Of a DNA stretch of 64,000 nucleotides, positions 11,262-20,729 are shown piece after piece. The position numbers and the translations under genes are program-made. Origin of the DNA: an uncultured Candidatus Peribacteria bacterium (GTDB taxonomy: Bacteria; Patescibacteriota; Gracilibacteria; BD1-5; UBA2023); NCBI GenBank assembly GCA_964553745.1, contig CAZKLD010000004.1, forward strand, positions 32,945 through 96,944. Reading direction: 5' to 3'. Below the pieces are notes generated by a model. The model worked only from the letters and a program-made list of their open reading frames with translations. It did no database searches and was not told the DNA's origin. Every line of letters starts with the position of its first letter. Position 1 is the stretch's first letter.

Positions 11262-12326
11262 ATGTCAAAAATCGCGATTCTACACCCTCATATCACAGTC
11301 AAATGATGAGCAGTGAAAACACTCTTAGAGATTGCAAATTATCTTAAGAGCATCTGAGATGATGTGACTTTCTATACTCTTGATCTCGATAGGAACAATT
11401 GTTTCCCGGAGATGACCAACGGTCTCAATATAAAAAATTTGAATGCAAGATGATACAGGAAGATATTCTGAATGATCAAGCTGGTTTTCCTCCTGAGGAA
11501 GACGGATATTGTGCTAGCCGGCAATTCCCCTATGCATTTCGTATGAGCACTGGCCAAAATTCTCCATCCTGGGATGAAAGTTGCATGGTTCCTGCAGAAT
11601 CTGCCAGTGTATTACATGGATCAGAATAAATGAATCTATACCTCCATAAAGAAATCGCTCGAGAAGATGATTATAAGGTTCCTTGATCTGATCTTGGTTA
11701 ATTCAAGCTTCATACAAAGCGAAGTGGCTAAGAATTTCGGCAAGAAAAGCGAAATCCTTTACCCCAGCATCGATGTGAATTTTTTCTCTAATGATCATCA
11801 GAGCCTGGAAGAGAATTATACCCTTTTCACTTATTCAAGACTAGTGAAATGAAAGAATGTGGAGCTTGCAATCAGGACATTCGCAGAACTTCAGAAGAGA
11901 TATCCTGGGCTTAAGCTGCTGATATGAGGAGATTGAGAAGAAAAGGAAAGATTGCAGGAAATCGCTCAATTCTTCCCAGATGTCCAGTTCTTATGAGAAA
12001 TCACACAAGAAGAAGCCAAGGCCCTCCTCCAGAGATGTACTGTTTTCCTTTTCACAAGCACGATCGACGCTTTCGGTTTGACCATATTGGAGGCAATGTC
12101 AATGGAAAAATCAATAGTATCGCTAGCTTGCGGATGAGCGATGGAACTAATCTGAAATTGAGAAAACTGATATCTTGCAAGAGATGAAGAGGAGTTCATA
12201 AAGTATGCTGATGAATTGCTCTCTGACCCGGAAAAACGTCAGAATATGTGAATAATATGAAGAAAATGGGCGATTGAACATTTTTCCCTGGAATCCATGT
12301 ATAATAGGATCGATGAGTTATTCTAA
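11262..12326 (+). CDS. GT4-family (GT-B) glycosyltransferase
   Basis: MSKIAILHPHITVKGGAVKTLLEIA..., ...YSRLVKGKNVELAI..., ...TVFLFTSTIDAFGLTILEAMSMEKSIVSLACGGAMELI.NGENGYL (EX7E-type C-terminal motif). Confidence 0.85.
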
Positions 12327-12424
12327 GTCAAAACCAAGTTAATAGGACCGTTTATATCAGACTGAATATAGCGAATAAATCAAGTAAAAAGTGTGAAGAA
12401 TCCGTGAAGACTGCCATTTTTCAT

Positions 12425-12451
12425 TTGACTTATATATATATTCACTATAAT
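12425..12451 (+). promoter_or_regulatory. candidate promoter of the S-layer gene (TTGACT ... TATAAT)
   Basis: TTGACT at 12425-12430 and TATAAT at 12446-12451. The spacer is only 15-16 nt. A direct repeat GTGAAGA x2 lies just upstream. Confidence 0.35.
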
Positions 12452-12850
12452 TTGGACGCACTGGGGGAGTGTATTTTCACTTCTTCTTAGCTCGTTAACA
12501 TATATTTTGAATTACACATTCTTGTGTATATTTGACGAGTTTTTTCCCTTCTTTTCTTTGTTTTAAATGACGAGAGGAGTGTTGCGGGTAAAGATTGGCC
12601 TCATAGAGGTCAATCTTCTACACAACCTCCTCTCGTTATGCCGACATAACGGAAGGTTAAAGCTTTGACCCTCCAAGATTTTATCTTTCTTGGAAGCGAT
12701 TTACAGGGATGGTCTCCCCGTAGATCAAAACCCAAAACAATGTTTGTTTTAAAGGCATAGCCTAAGCGCATTCATTGTTCGTTTTTTGGAATAGGAGCAA
12801 TCCTATCCTGCAAAAACAAAAATTTTTATTTCTTAACTTATAGTAATCCT
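12452..12850 (+). promoter_or_regulatory. long structured 5-prime leader of the S-layer gene
   Basis: A chain of stem-loops: ACGAGAGGAG 12570-12579 pairs with CTCCTCTCGT 12627-12636 and encloses AAGATTGGCCTC/GAGGTCAATCTT; CGTTATG/CATAACG at 12634-12651; further stems at 12651-12674, CCAAGA/TCTTGG at 12673-12693, 12698-12726, 12734-12750 and 12788-12808. No Shine-Dalgarno sequence precedes ATG 12851. Confidence 0.5.
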
Positions 12851-15800
12851 ATGAGTAATCTTTCTAAAAAAGTTACTTCTGCTATAAGTGTAGTTGCTAT
12901 AGTTGCATCTGCGGTTGGTTCTTCAATCGTTGCTGCTGCTTCTGGTTTCCTACCTTATGCTGAAGCTTTGGCTACTGCCGGTTATATTCAATCTTCATCT
13001 AATGAAGCTGGATACAGACTAGCAGATACTGCATCAAGACAAGAAGTTGCTGGTACAGCAATCAAAATGAAACTTGGTACAGGTTCTACTGCACTTCCTG
13101 CAAATTATTCTTGTAAAGGATACTTTACTGATGTTTCTGCTACTACTCCAGCTAGCTGGTCATGTAGAGCTGCTGAATTAGCAGCTGACAACGGTATCGT
13201 TTCTCAAGCAAACGCTAAATTCCGCCCTACTGATAATATTACTAGAGCTGAAGCTCTTGCAATGGTATTGAAGGCTGCTGGAATGGAAATTCCTACTGTT
13301 ACTACTTCATCATTCAATGATGTTACTATTGCTTGGCAAGTTAATGTAGCTGAAGCTGCACTTGCTAAGAAAATCATTTCTGCTAACGCAAGTTTCAGAC
13401 CAAATGATTCTGTATCAAGAGGTGAACTATTTGTATTTGCTGCTAACGCTTTAGGTCTTAGTGTTGATGATTTCAACCTTGATGACATACTAAACGGTGG
13501 TGACACTTCAACTGGTACTACTTCAACTGGTACTACTTCAACTGGTACTACTACTGAAGTTAAAGCTGGTGATCTTAACATATCTCTAAATCCTGCTTCT
13601 CCTGCTGTTGGAACTCAAGTTCCTATGTCTGGAATAATCAGATTTGCAGTTGTTGATTTCAAGGCCGCTTCTTCTGATGTAACTCTTAGTTCAGTTGAAC
13701 TTAAGAAAGCTGGTCTTTCTACAGTTTCTTCTTCTACTAAGGTATGGTTCGAAAAGAATGGTCTAAGACTATCTGGTAAAGCTTCTTTCACTTCTGAAGG
13801 TAACGCTATCGTTTCTTTCGCTCCATCTATAGTTATTAAAGCTGGTGCAACTGAATCTCTAGACCTTTACGTTCAATTGGCTGATAGTGTTGCTGGTACT
13901 GACTACCAATTCGTATCTGGAAACATCCTAAGCTCTGCTCAGAATGTTGCTGGTGCGTTCATGACTCCTGTTCTAAGGACTGCTAACTATACAGTTGCAA
14001 CATTCAATGCTGCTGCTGCTTCTTCTGGTGCAGATTACAAAGCTTCAAACGATGTTATCGAACTTGGTGCTTTCAAAATCTCTGCAACTAAGACTGGTTC
14101 AGTTACTGAAACAAGAGACGAAAAATTCCAATCAGTTACTCTATACCAATCTGGTACAGCTAACTTAACAAATCTTTCTAATATCGTTCTAGTAAGAAAC
14201 GGACAAGTTATCTCTTCTGGTGCAACTGTTGCTGGAAAAGCTCTTACTTTCGTTGTTAACGATATCATCAAAGACGGTGCTACTGCTACTTACTACATTA
14301 AAGCTAACATCAACAATGTAGAAAATCAAACTGATAGCTACCAATTCTACCTTAAGAATACATCTGATATCAGTGTAATCGAAGCTAATTCTGGTTTCCG
14401 CGCTAACGCTGATGCTACTACTGAGACTTCTAGATTCGTTGCTTCTCTTTACACTGTAAACGGAGGTGATGTTAAATTTGATAGAGACCCTTCTGTTGCT
14501 CTTTCTGCTAATTACGCTCCTGGAACTGATAATGTTGTTCTTATGCAAGGTACAATCACTGCTAAGAATGCTGTTACTCTTGAAGATCCAAGCCTAACTA
14601 TCAGCAACCTAACAGGTACTGGTAATCTTTCTAACTACTTCAATACTCTTTACCTAACTGTTGGTAATTCAGTATTCTCTGCAACTGCTGCTGGTACTGG
14701 TGGTGCTTCTATTGTTTTCAATGGAACTACTACTATATCTGGTACTGCTCAAGTTAAACTTTACGGTACACTAAAGAGCACTACTAATATGCCTGATGCT
14801 ACAATCAAATTCGGTGACTTGACTCTTGCTTCATTTACTGGAACAAATCAATACACTGCTAATCAAAACAATGTTACTTCTGCTGTAGGTTCTATTCCTG
14901 GTATCAGCGTTTCTGTTGCTAACACTTCTCTTAACGTTACTCGTAACGATGGGCTTGGTGATACTTCACTTGCTGCTGGTTCTAAATCAGTTGTACTTTA
15001 CGGAGTTCAACTTTCTTCTACAAGAGGTAATCCTGTTAACGTAACTTCTGCTAGCTTCCAATTTACTGGATCTGGTACTACTGCAACTGGTTTTGTAAAT
15101 AACGCTTACGCTACTCTATACGTAGATGGTGTTGCTGTTTCTTCTAAGACTGTTGATTCTACTAATTCAATCAAATTTGATGGAATCAGTGCTACTGTTA
15201 ATCCTTCTAAAGCTGTTAATCTAGTTGTTAAGGCTGATTTCTCTGATAACTTCCAAGGTGGAACTATCAGGACTGCTATGACTGCTATAGCTGCTGTTGA
15301 TTCTATCAGCTCTAAGGATATCGTTGTTTCTACTTTCCCAGCTGGTGCTATATTTACTGTTCAGGCTGCTAGCGCTACATTCGCTGCTTCTGACGCTAAT
15401 CCACAAGCTAGCCTATTCTTGGCAGGAAGTACTAACAATAAACTATACGCTGTTAAAGTAACTGCTGCTAACGATAATGTTAATCTAAAGACTGTTGCCC
15501 TAACAGGTACTGGTCTTGGAGCTTTCGCTAACTTCAAACTTTACGATGCTGCTGGTGCTCTAGTTGCTAACTCTTCTTCTGAAAGCGCAACTGCTGTAAC
15601 TTTTGATAACATTGACGCAACTAAATCTACTGTTGCTCAAGATAAATCAGTAAGTTACGTAGTTTCTGCTGATGCTAACACTAATACTGATGCTACTGGA
15701 ATCCAATTGGTTCTTGGAAGTGCAGTAATCCGTGGAAGCAATGGTCTAGAGATCAACGCAACTACTACTTCTATCGCTTCTAACCTTCACGCTGTTGCTC

Positions 15801-16231
15801 AAAACACTGCTGTGATCGCTAAGGCTACTAACCCAAGTAAGGAACTTACAACTAGCGCTCTAAGATTCTCTGTTGCTGCTTCTGGTAAGAACTCTGTTAC
15901 TATCTCTTCACTAAGTCTTTCTTCACTTCTTTCAGGTTACACTGGATCAACTGTAGTAAGCGTGTATAAGGATAGCATAAGCGCTTCTAACCTTGCATTT
16001 ACAGGTACACTTGGATCTGCACAAACTCTACTTCCTACTGCAAACGCTAAAAACACTGTAGATGCTGGATCAACTGCTACATATATCGTAGCTATTGAAG
16101 GCACTATCATTGATGCTACTGCTCAACAAAGTTCTTGGACTATATCTTTGAATGATGTTGTATTCGGTACTGCAATCTCTGCTAAGAACTACTACAATGT
16201 TGGACAATTCCCAATTACTGAAGTTAAATAA
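12851..16231 (+). CDS. S-layer-like surface protein: signal peptide, SLH anchoring domains, T/S/G linker, repeated beta-rich domains (1126 aa)
   Basis: The only long standard-code ORF in the window. The N-terminal signal peptide is KKVTSAISVVAIVASAVGSSIVAAASG. SLH repeats include FTDVSATTPASWSCRAAELAADNGIVSQANAKFRPTDNITRAEALAMVL and FNDVTIAWQVNVAEAALAKKIISANASFRPNDSVSRGELFVF. About 900 aa rich in A/T/S/V/N with no Cys follow. It is flanked by a structured leader and a strong terminator. Confidence 0.9.
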   Translation: MSNLSKKVTSAISVVAIVASAVGSSIVAAASGFLPYAEALATAGYIQSSSNEAGYRLADTASRQEVAGTAIKMKLGTGSTALPANYSCKGYFTDVSATTPASWSCRAAELAADNGIVSQANAKFRPTDNITRAEALAMVLKAAGMEIPTVTTSSFNDVTIAWQVNVAEAALAKKIISANASFRPNDSVSRGELFVFAANALGLSVDDFNLDDILNGGDTSTGTTSTGTTSTGTTTEVKAGDLNISLNPASPAVGTQVPMSGIIRFAVVDFKAASSDVTLSSVELKKAGLSTVSSSTKVWFEKNGLRLSGKASFTSEGNAIVSFAPSIVIKAGATESLDLYVQLADSVAGTDYQFVSGNILSSAQNVAGAFMTPVLRTANYTVATFNAAAASSGADYKASNDVIELGAFKISATKTGSVTETRDEKFQSVTLYQSGTANLTNLSNIVLVRNGQVISSGATVAGKALTFVVNDIIKDGATATYYIKANINNVENQTDSYQFYLKNTSDISVIEANSGFRANADATTETSRFVASLYTVNGGDVKFDRDPSVALSANYAPGTDNVVLMQGTITAKNAVTLEDPSLTISNLTGTGNLSNYFNTLYLTVGNSVFSATAAGTGGASIVFNGTTTISGTAQVKLYGTLKSTTNMPDATIKFGDLTLASFTGTNQYTANQNNVTSAVGSIPGISVSVANTSLNVTRNDGLGDTSLAAGSKSVVLYGVQLSSTRGNPVNVTSASFQFTGSGTTATGFVNNAYATLYVDGVAVSSKTVDSTNSIKFDGISATVNPSKAVNLVVKADFSDNFQGGTIRTAMTAIAAVDSISSKDIVVSTFPAGAIFTVQAASATFAASDANPQASLFLAGSTNNKLYAVKVTAANDNVNLKTVALTGTGLGAFANFKLYDAAGALVANSSSESATAVTFDNIDATKSTVAQDKSVSYVVSADANTNTDATGIQLVLGSAVIRGSNGLEINATTTSIASNLHAVAQNTAVIAKATNPSKELTTSALRFSVAASGKNSVTISSLSLSSLLSGYTGSTVVSVYKDSISASNLAFTGTLGSAQTLLPTANAKNTVDAGSTATYIVAIEGTIIDATAQQSSWTISLNDVVFGTAISAKNYYNVGQFPITEVK
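13505..13549 (+). repeat. 3 x 15-bp perfect tandem repeat (ACTTCAACTGGTACT) encoding (TSTGT)3 linker
   Basis: Read directly at 13505-13519, 13520-13534 and 13535-13549, between the SLH region and the body of the protein. Confidence 0.9.
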
Positions 16232-16264
16232 TTGAAATCTGATTTCACTTACTAGACTGAAGTT

Positions 16265-16301
16265 AAAAAAAATCCTCCCGATTCATCGGGAGGATTTTTT
16301 T
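16265..16301. terminator. strong rho-independent terminator, A-tract/T-tract flanked (bidirectional shape)
   Basis: AAAAAAAA-ATCCTCCCGA-TTCA-TCGGGAGGAT-TTTTTTT, 34 nt after the S-layer stop. Confidence 0.85.
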
Positions 16302-16514
16302 GTGTAAAGATTGCAAAGATTGTGTGGAAGTATTGAGAAGCTTCTTGATATTTTCCGATTGTAGCTATAGTTGCTATTGCTGATACATGAAAATCAATAC
16401 AAACAAGAATTGCTGGTGAGGCATCAGCCTGACGGAAATGTGCTCATGCTGAATCAGGGTAAGGCAAATATTGCCTAGTAAACAAATTTATTTTAGAAAG
16501 GTGCGAATATAGAA

Positions 16515-16548
16515 AAGAGCCTAGGACCTCAGGTCCTAGGCTCTTTTT
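16515..16548 (+). terminator. rho-independent terminator closing a short orphan transcription unit
   Basis: AAGAGCCTAGGACC-TCA-GGTCCTAGGCTCTT followed by TTTTG. Confidence 0.75.
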
Positions 16549-16593
16549 GTTTCGTCGGTATGGATACTTAAGTGCTAAGCCCTAAAAGAAGTA

Positions 16594-16621
16594 TTGCATC
16601 TGAAAAGAATTCGTATATAAT
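16594..16621 (+). promoter_or_regulatory. sigma70-like promoter (TTGCAT-16 nt-TATAAT)
   Basis: TTGCAT at 16594-16599 and TATAAT at 16616-16621, about 50 nt upstream of the small CDS at 16673. Confidence 0.5.
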
Positions 16622-16672
16622 GCTAAGTCCGATTCGGACATTTATCCATGCTGTGAAGGAGGAAAAAACAAA

Positions 16673-16852
16673 ATGGCCCCGACTGATATGGATTGGATGA
16701 AAAAGAGGCAGAAGTCACTTAAGAGGATTTTGGCGAATCTCGATACTGAAGAGAGGGAGCTTGAAAAAAGGGGGATTCTATTTAAGGAAGAATTCAAGGA
16801 AGTACGTCAATCGATAAGGAAAATAACAGGAGCTATAGAAAAAAGGCAATAA
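16673..16852 (+). CDS. small basic coiled-coil protein, 59 aa (hypothetical)
   Basis: A good SD (GAAGGAGG at 16657-16664) precedes ATG 16673. MAPTDMDWMKKRQKSLKRILANLDTEERELEKRGILFKEEFKEVRQSIRKITGAIEKRQ, ending at TAA 16850-16852. It is below the ORF-track size cut-off. Confidence 0.6.
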   Translation: MAPTDMDWMKKRQKSLKRILANLDTEERELEKRGILFKEEFKEVRQSIRKITGAIEKRQ

Positions 16853-16884
16853 ATAAAGATAAAGACTAAGAGAAAGGAGGAGAT

Positions 16885-16918
16885 AAAAAAACACCTCGTC
16901 ATCTGACGAGGTGTTTTC
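16885..16918. terminator. bidirectional rho-independent terminator between convergent genes
   Basis: AAAAAAA-CACCTCGTC-ATCT-GACGAGGTG-TTTTCC. Confidence 0.75.
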
Positions 16919-16924
16919 CGAAGT

Positions 16925-17974
16925 TTATTCGATTATTCAGCTTCATATCAGTTCATCTCCGATATATGCGGCTAGAGTCTGGCCTGAGGCAATGGCGCGC
17001 TGATTATTTGCGAAATGCGCGCTTATTTGATTTTTTCCGATAGTTGATAGCCTGACACTCTGATCAGCTTGTCTATAGCGGATTTTTGAGGTACAATCTA
17101 GGGGAAGCTCATATTCCTTGCCTATCCAGTGCCAATTTCTCAGAAGAAGGCTATTTGAATACAATTCCAATTCAGATTCATTTCAGACAACAACTTCATT
17201 TCTCTCGACATCTTTCTTGACAACATAAAGTGCAGGTCATCATCCGAGCATTATTCATTTTCTCTGTCAGATTGTAAAATACCATGCTCAATTATGTTCG
17301 CCAAGCACGCGTCATGAAGTGTCGATAATGTTTCATTTTTTTGTCGGGATTTTCTTTTCAAGGAACTTATGCATATCCACTTTCCCTACGAAACAGATTC
17401 ATTGGGAATCCTTCCTTTTCGCATTGGGCAGATTTATCTCTTCTGCAATCCTGCGCACTTCTGGCTTCTCTAAGCCTCAAATCGGGAATAGGGATTTTGA
17501 TAATTGATATTGATTCAATCAGGCTAAGAAATACGATTGGTCCTTATTCGGGTCAATTCACTTAAGAAGATGGTATTCTCCGCCTCTGTCTTCTATCTTC
17601 GCATAATGTCCAGTTGCAATGCAGTCGAATCATAGTTTCATCGCTTTCTCGAGGAAAAGCTTAAATTTGATTTCGGAATTGCAGAGTATATCCGGATTTG
17701 GAGTGATTCATGATTTGTATCATTCATAGATATATTCCACAACTTTTGCATTATATTCCTCACGGAAATCAAAGATTATGAATTCTTTTATTCATAGGTG
17801 CTGAGCGACTTTTATAGCCTCATCCCTGTCCTCTCTGGTAGGGCAGTCCTCTTCAGCTGAGACGTAATTCTTCATGAATCATGCCACAACCTCATAACCA
17901 TCTTTCTGCAGAAGATAGGCACTAACGGCACTATCCACTCAACCCGAAAGTCAAACTAATACTCTCTTTTTCAT
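16925..17974 (-). CDS. mnmA: tRNA-specific 2-thiouridylase
   Basis: MKKRVLVGLSGGVDSAVSAYLL (PP-loop; two of its glycines are TGA), NPDILCNSEIKF, IATGHYA, DQSYFL, KDSQGICFVG, and the C-terminal RYRQ...ASGQTLAAYIGDELIGSG. Confidence 0.93.
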
Positions 17975-18036
17975 AATATTATCTTAATAAGTTTTTTTGA
18001 ATTTTTGTCTTCCATAATTGTCCATAATGTCTGACA

Positions 18037-18639
18037 TTATTGTATCTCTCCCCATGAATCAATGCGTTTTATATAAGGATGATCAATTGTGTGATGTTTG
18101 TTCCAAGGTTTCGTGAACAGGTAGCTTTTTATTCAGTTTTCAGCCAGTTCAATCACATTCTCAGCGTTATCTTCAATCATAAGGCCAATTCAATGCTGCT
18201 TGCAAATTACAGACTTCTTGATATGGGCTCATTTTAAACCGCCGGTAAAATGGATTCAGGAGAAATCTATATCCGGAAACCTCAAATTCAGCCAATTCTG
18301 GGTATAATCCCTTAATGATTCGTTTCTAGCGGTGATCAGCGTAAGCTCATATCATTCTTGCAACAGCCTCCTCAGTCCATCGCTGCTTCATTCGATTATT
18401 TCCATTTGTTTTCCTATATGAGAAGAAGAGAAGTCTATCCATAAAGAATAAACACCATCCTCATCTATATTTTTTGATCTGAATGCATCCAGCTCATGTG
18501 CCCTGTAATTAGTGAATTCATCATAATGCATATCGATTTCATGGCATTCCTTGAGAAACTCTAAAAAGCTCCTGACAGTCAGGCTTAGTACATCGTCTAT
18601 GTCTATTGCAATCTTTTTGTTTGCGAGTCACTTTAACAT
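18037..18639 (-). CDS. HAD-superfamily 5-prime(3-prime)-nucleotidase-like phosphatase
   Basis: DxDxV motif in KKIAIDIDDVLS, then LTLITARNES and GLMIEDNAENV. 200 aa, starting 1 nt after the upstream ABC gene stop. Confidence 0.65.
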
Positions 18640-18640
18640 G

Positions 18641-19381
18641 CTATTTTATCTCTAATATCTCATCTCAGATATGCTCTTTGATTTTTTCTATGAACAGATC
18701 CTCGAGAGGCGTTTTAAGGTTCTTTATCTTATCTTCAGCAATGAGATGTCATTTATTTATTATCGCAAACCTGTCGCATATGGATTCTACGTCTGATAGG
18801 ATGTGGGTATTGAAAAACACTGTCGTTCAGTTTTTCTTAAGATCAAGGATCAGATCTTTTACCATTTTCCTTCACAGCGGGTCAAGTCAGCTCATCGGCT
18901 CGTCCAAGAAAACTATTTTAGGGTCATTCAATATGGCTTGGGCAAGTCATATTCTCTGAAGCATTCATTTAGAATATTTTGCAAGAAGCTTTTTTCCGGA
19001 ATCTCTTAGTCCGACTTTGTCCAGAAGCTCATTTATCTTATCATCCATCTCTGAAGCCGGGATATTGAAGAATCAAGCATTGAATTTCAGAAATTCATAT
19101 CAGGTCAGGTATTTGTAAAGATAAGTGTTCTCTGGCATGAACCCGATCTGGGCTTTTATGCTGTTGTCCAGTTTGTCGCTTCAGAGAATCTCTATAGAAC
19201 CGCTTTCAGGATTTATAAGTCAAAGTATGCATTTCATCGTAGTTGTCTTACCTGCTCAGTTTGGCCCAAGGAATCAGAAGACCTCCCCCTCTTTTATATC
19301 AAGCGAAACATTGAATAATATCTGTTTGCCATCGAGGTATTTGCATACGTCGGTAATGAGTAGTACGCTCTCTTTTTCCAT
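18641..19381 (-). CDS. ABC transporter ATP-binding protein
   Basis: Walker A GPNGAGKTT, signature YSKGMLQR, Walker B IVFLDEPMSGLD, H-loop NTHIL. Confidence 0.9.
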
Positions 19382-19462
19382 ATTTGAATATAATTAAAAA
19401 ACGCGTCGAATTATAGCTAAATTTCTCTTTTTTGCAACATAAATTCAAAAATAGAGTTCATA

Positions 19463-19490
19463 TTGACAATATCTTAAAAAGTTTTATAAA
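19463..19490 (+). promoter_or_regulatory. sigma70-like promoter (TTGACA-16 nt-TATAAA)
   Basis: TTGACA at 19463-19468 and TATAAA at 19485-19490, 22 nt upstream of ATG 19512. Confidence 0.5.
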
Positions 19491-19511
19491 TTACCCAATT
19501 AACTTTTTCCT

Positions 19512-20729
19512 ATGAAAATAGACCAGTCTCTAGCCGAATTGATAATGGATGTGCATGAAATGACGCCTATTGAGGGCATAAACCGGTGCATGTGAAGCGA
19601 TTATTCCTCTGAAAAGAATCTGAAATTCGTTGCGAATGCTGTCCAGGCAAAGATAAGGGACCTTATCCTGACAAAGACTATATACGATAGGTATCCTCGA
19701 GACAGCATAAGAATGATGCTAGAGAATAAGCTGAAAGTGAGCGTGAATCTCTGAAATTTCTGCCTGCATGAATGCTGGCATTGTGCTATAGATTGAGATA
19801 GGAAATGAACAGCATTAGGAATCAGTTCCTTCAGACTGCTAATAGAAAAATATTCAAGAGAACTTAAGTATGTGAATTCATTCTTTTTCACAGGGTGAGA
19901 ACTCCTGGACAGAAAGGACTTTCCTGAAATTATCGAAGAAGTTCTCAAAAGATGAATAAGCCGCATAAAGTTCGTTTCCCGCTCTTGACTGGCTTTCCAG
20001 CCAAGGAATGTAAGGGCGATCGTGGCTCTTAAAGAAAAATATCCTGATTTCGAACTCGATTTGACTCTATCGATGGATAATTATTCAGACACCAACAACC
20101 AGAAAGCCAATAAATATCTCGACAGGCTGACGGAGCTTGTTTCAATGCAATTCGAGACATTCAAGAAAGACAAGATCGACCTGATCTCGACAATCCCTTT
20201 CGATGATGCTGAGGAAGCGGATAAACAATTCAAAATGATAATAAGGAAGATAAACAGGCTCTGAAACAGGGTTGTGAAAGCCTGATTTGTCTTTAAAGGG
20301 CATGAGCTCGTTGATTGATATGATAATTTCAAATTTGAGAAAGATTGAAGGAAATTCGAGATTTCTGCAGTCTATCAGATGCTGGTATGACGATCTGATA
20401 AGTCCAAAGATATCAAATGATCATGAAAACTGTTGAGCCGCGAAGATGCTTGCAAATATCTCTATTTTTCAGAGAACTCGACTTTTTATGCAGACGAAGC
20501 AATGAATTTGAACTACTGCTCCCATATCGCTCATTGATTCGAGGGCGGGAATTGAATCATAAACCTTATGGACAGCCCCAAATCAAAGGTCATAATGATG
20601 TTTCTTCACACTCGTCAGAGATTCTACAGGCTCTTGACTTATGATGAGATTGTAGATTATGTCCTCAATCCAGAAAATAAGCATCTGTGTTCAAAATTGA
20701 GGCAAGAATTATCAATAATCAAGAAATAA
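19512..20729 (+). CDS. radical SAM domain protein (405 aa), unassigned subfamily
   Basis: The frame was checked codon by codon. Canonical cluster motif VNLGNFCLHECWHCA (CX3CX2C, 19761-19784), followed by FFFTGGELL. Confidence 0.8.

Noticed and set aside
13204-15406. Minus-strand ORFs inside the S-layer gene (13204..13581, 14035..14271, 14189..14548, 15221..15406)
   Set aside because: They are shadow ORFs opposite a strongly codon-biased gene. They have no independent signals and give low-complexity products.
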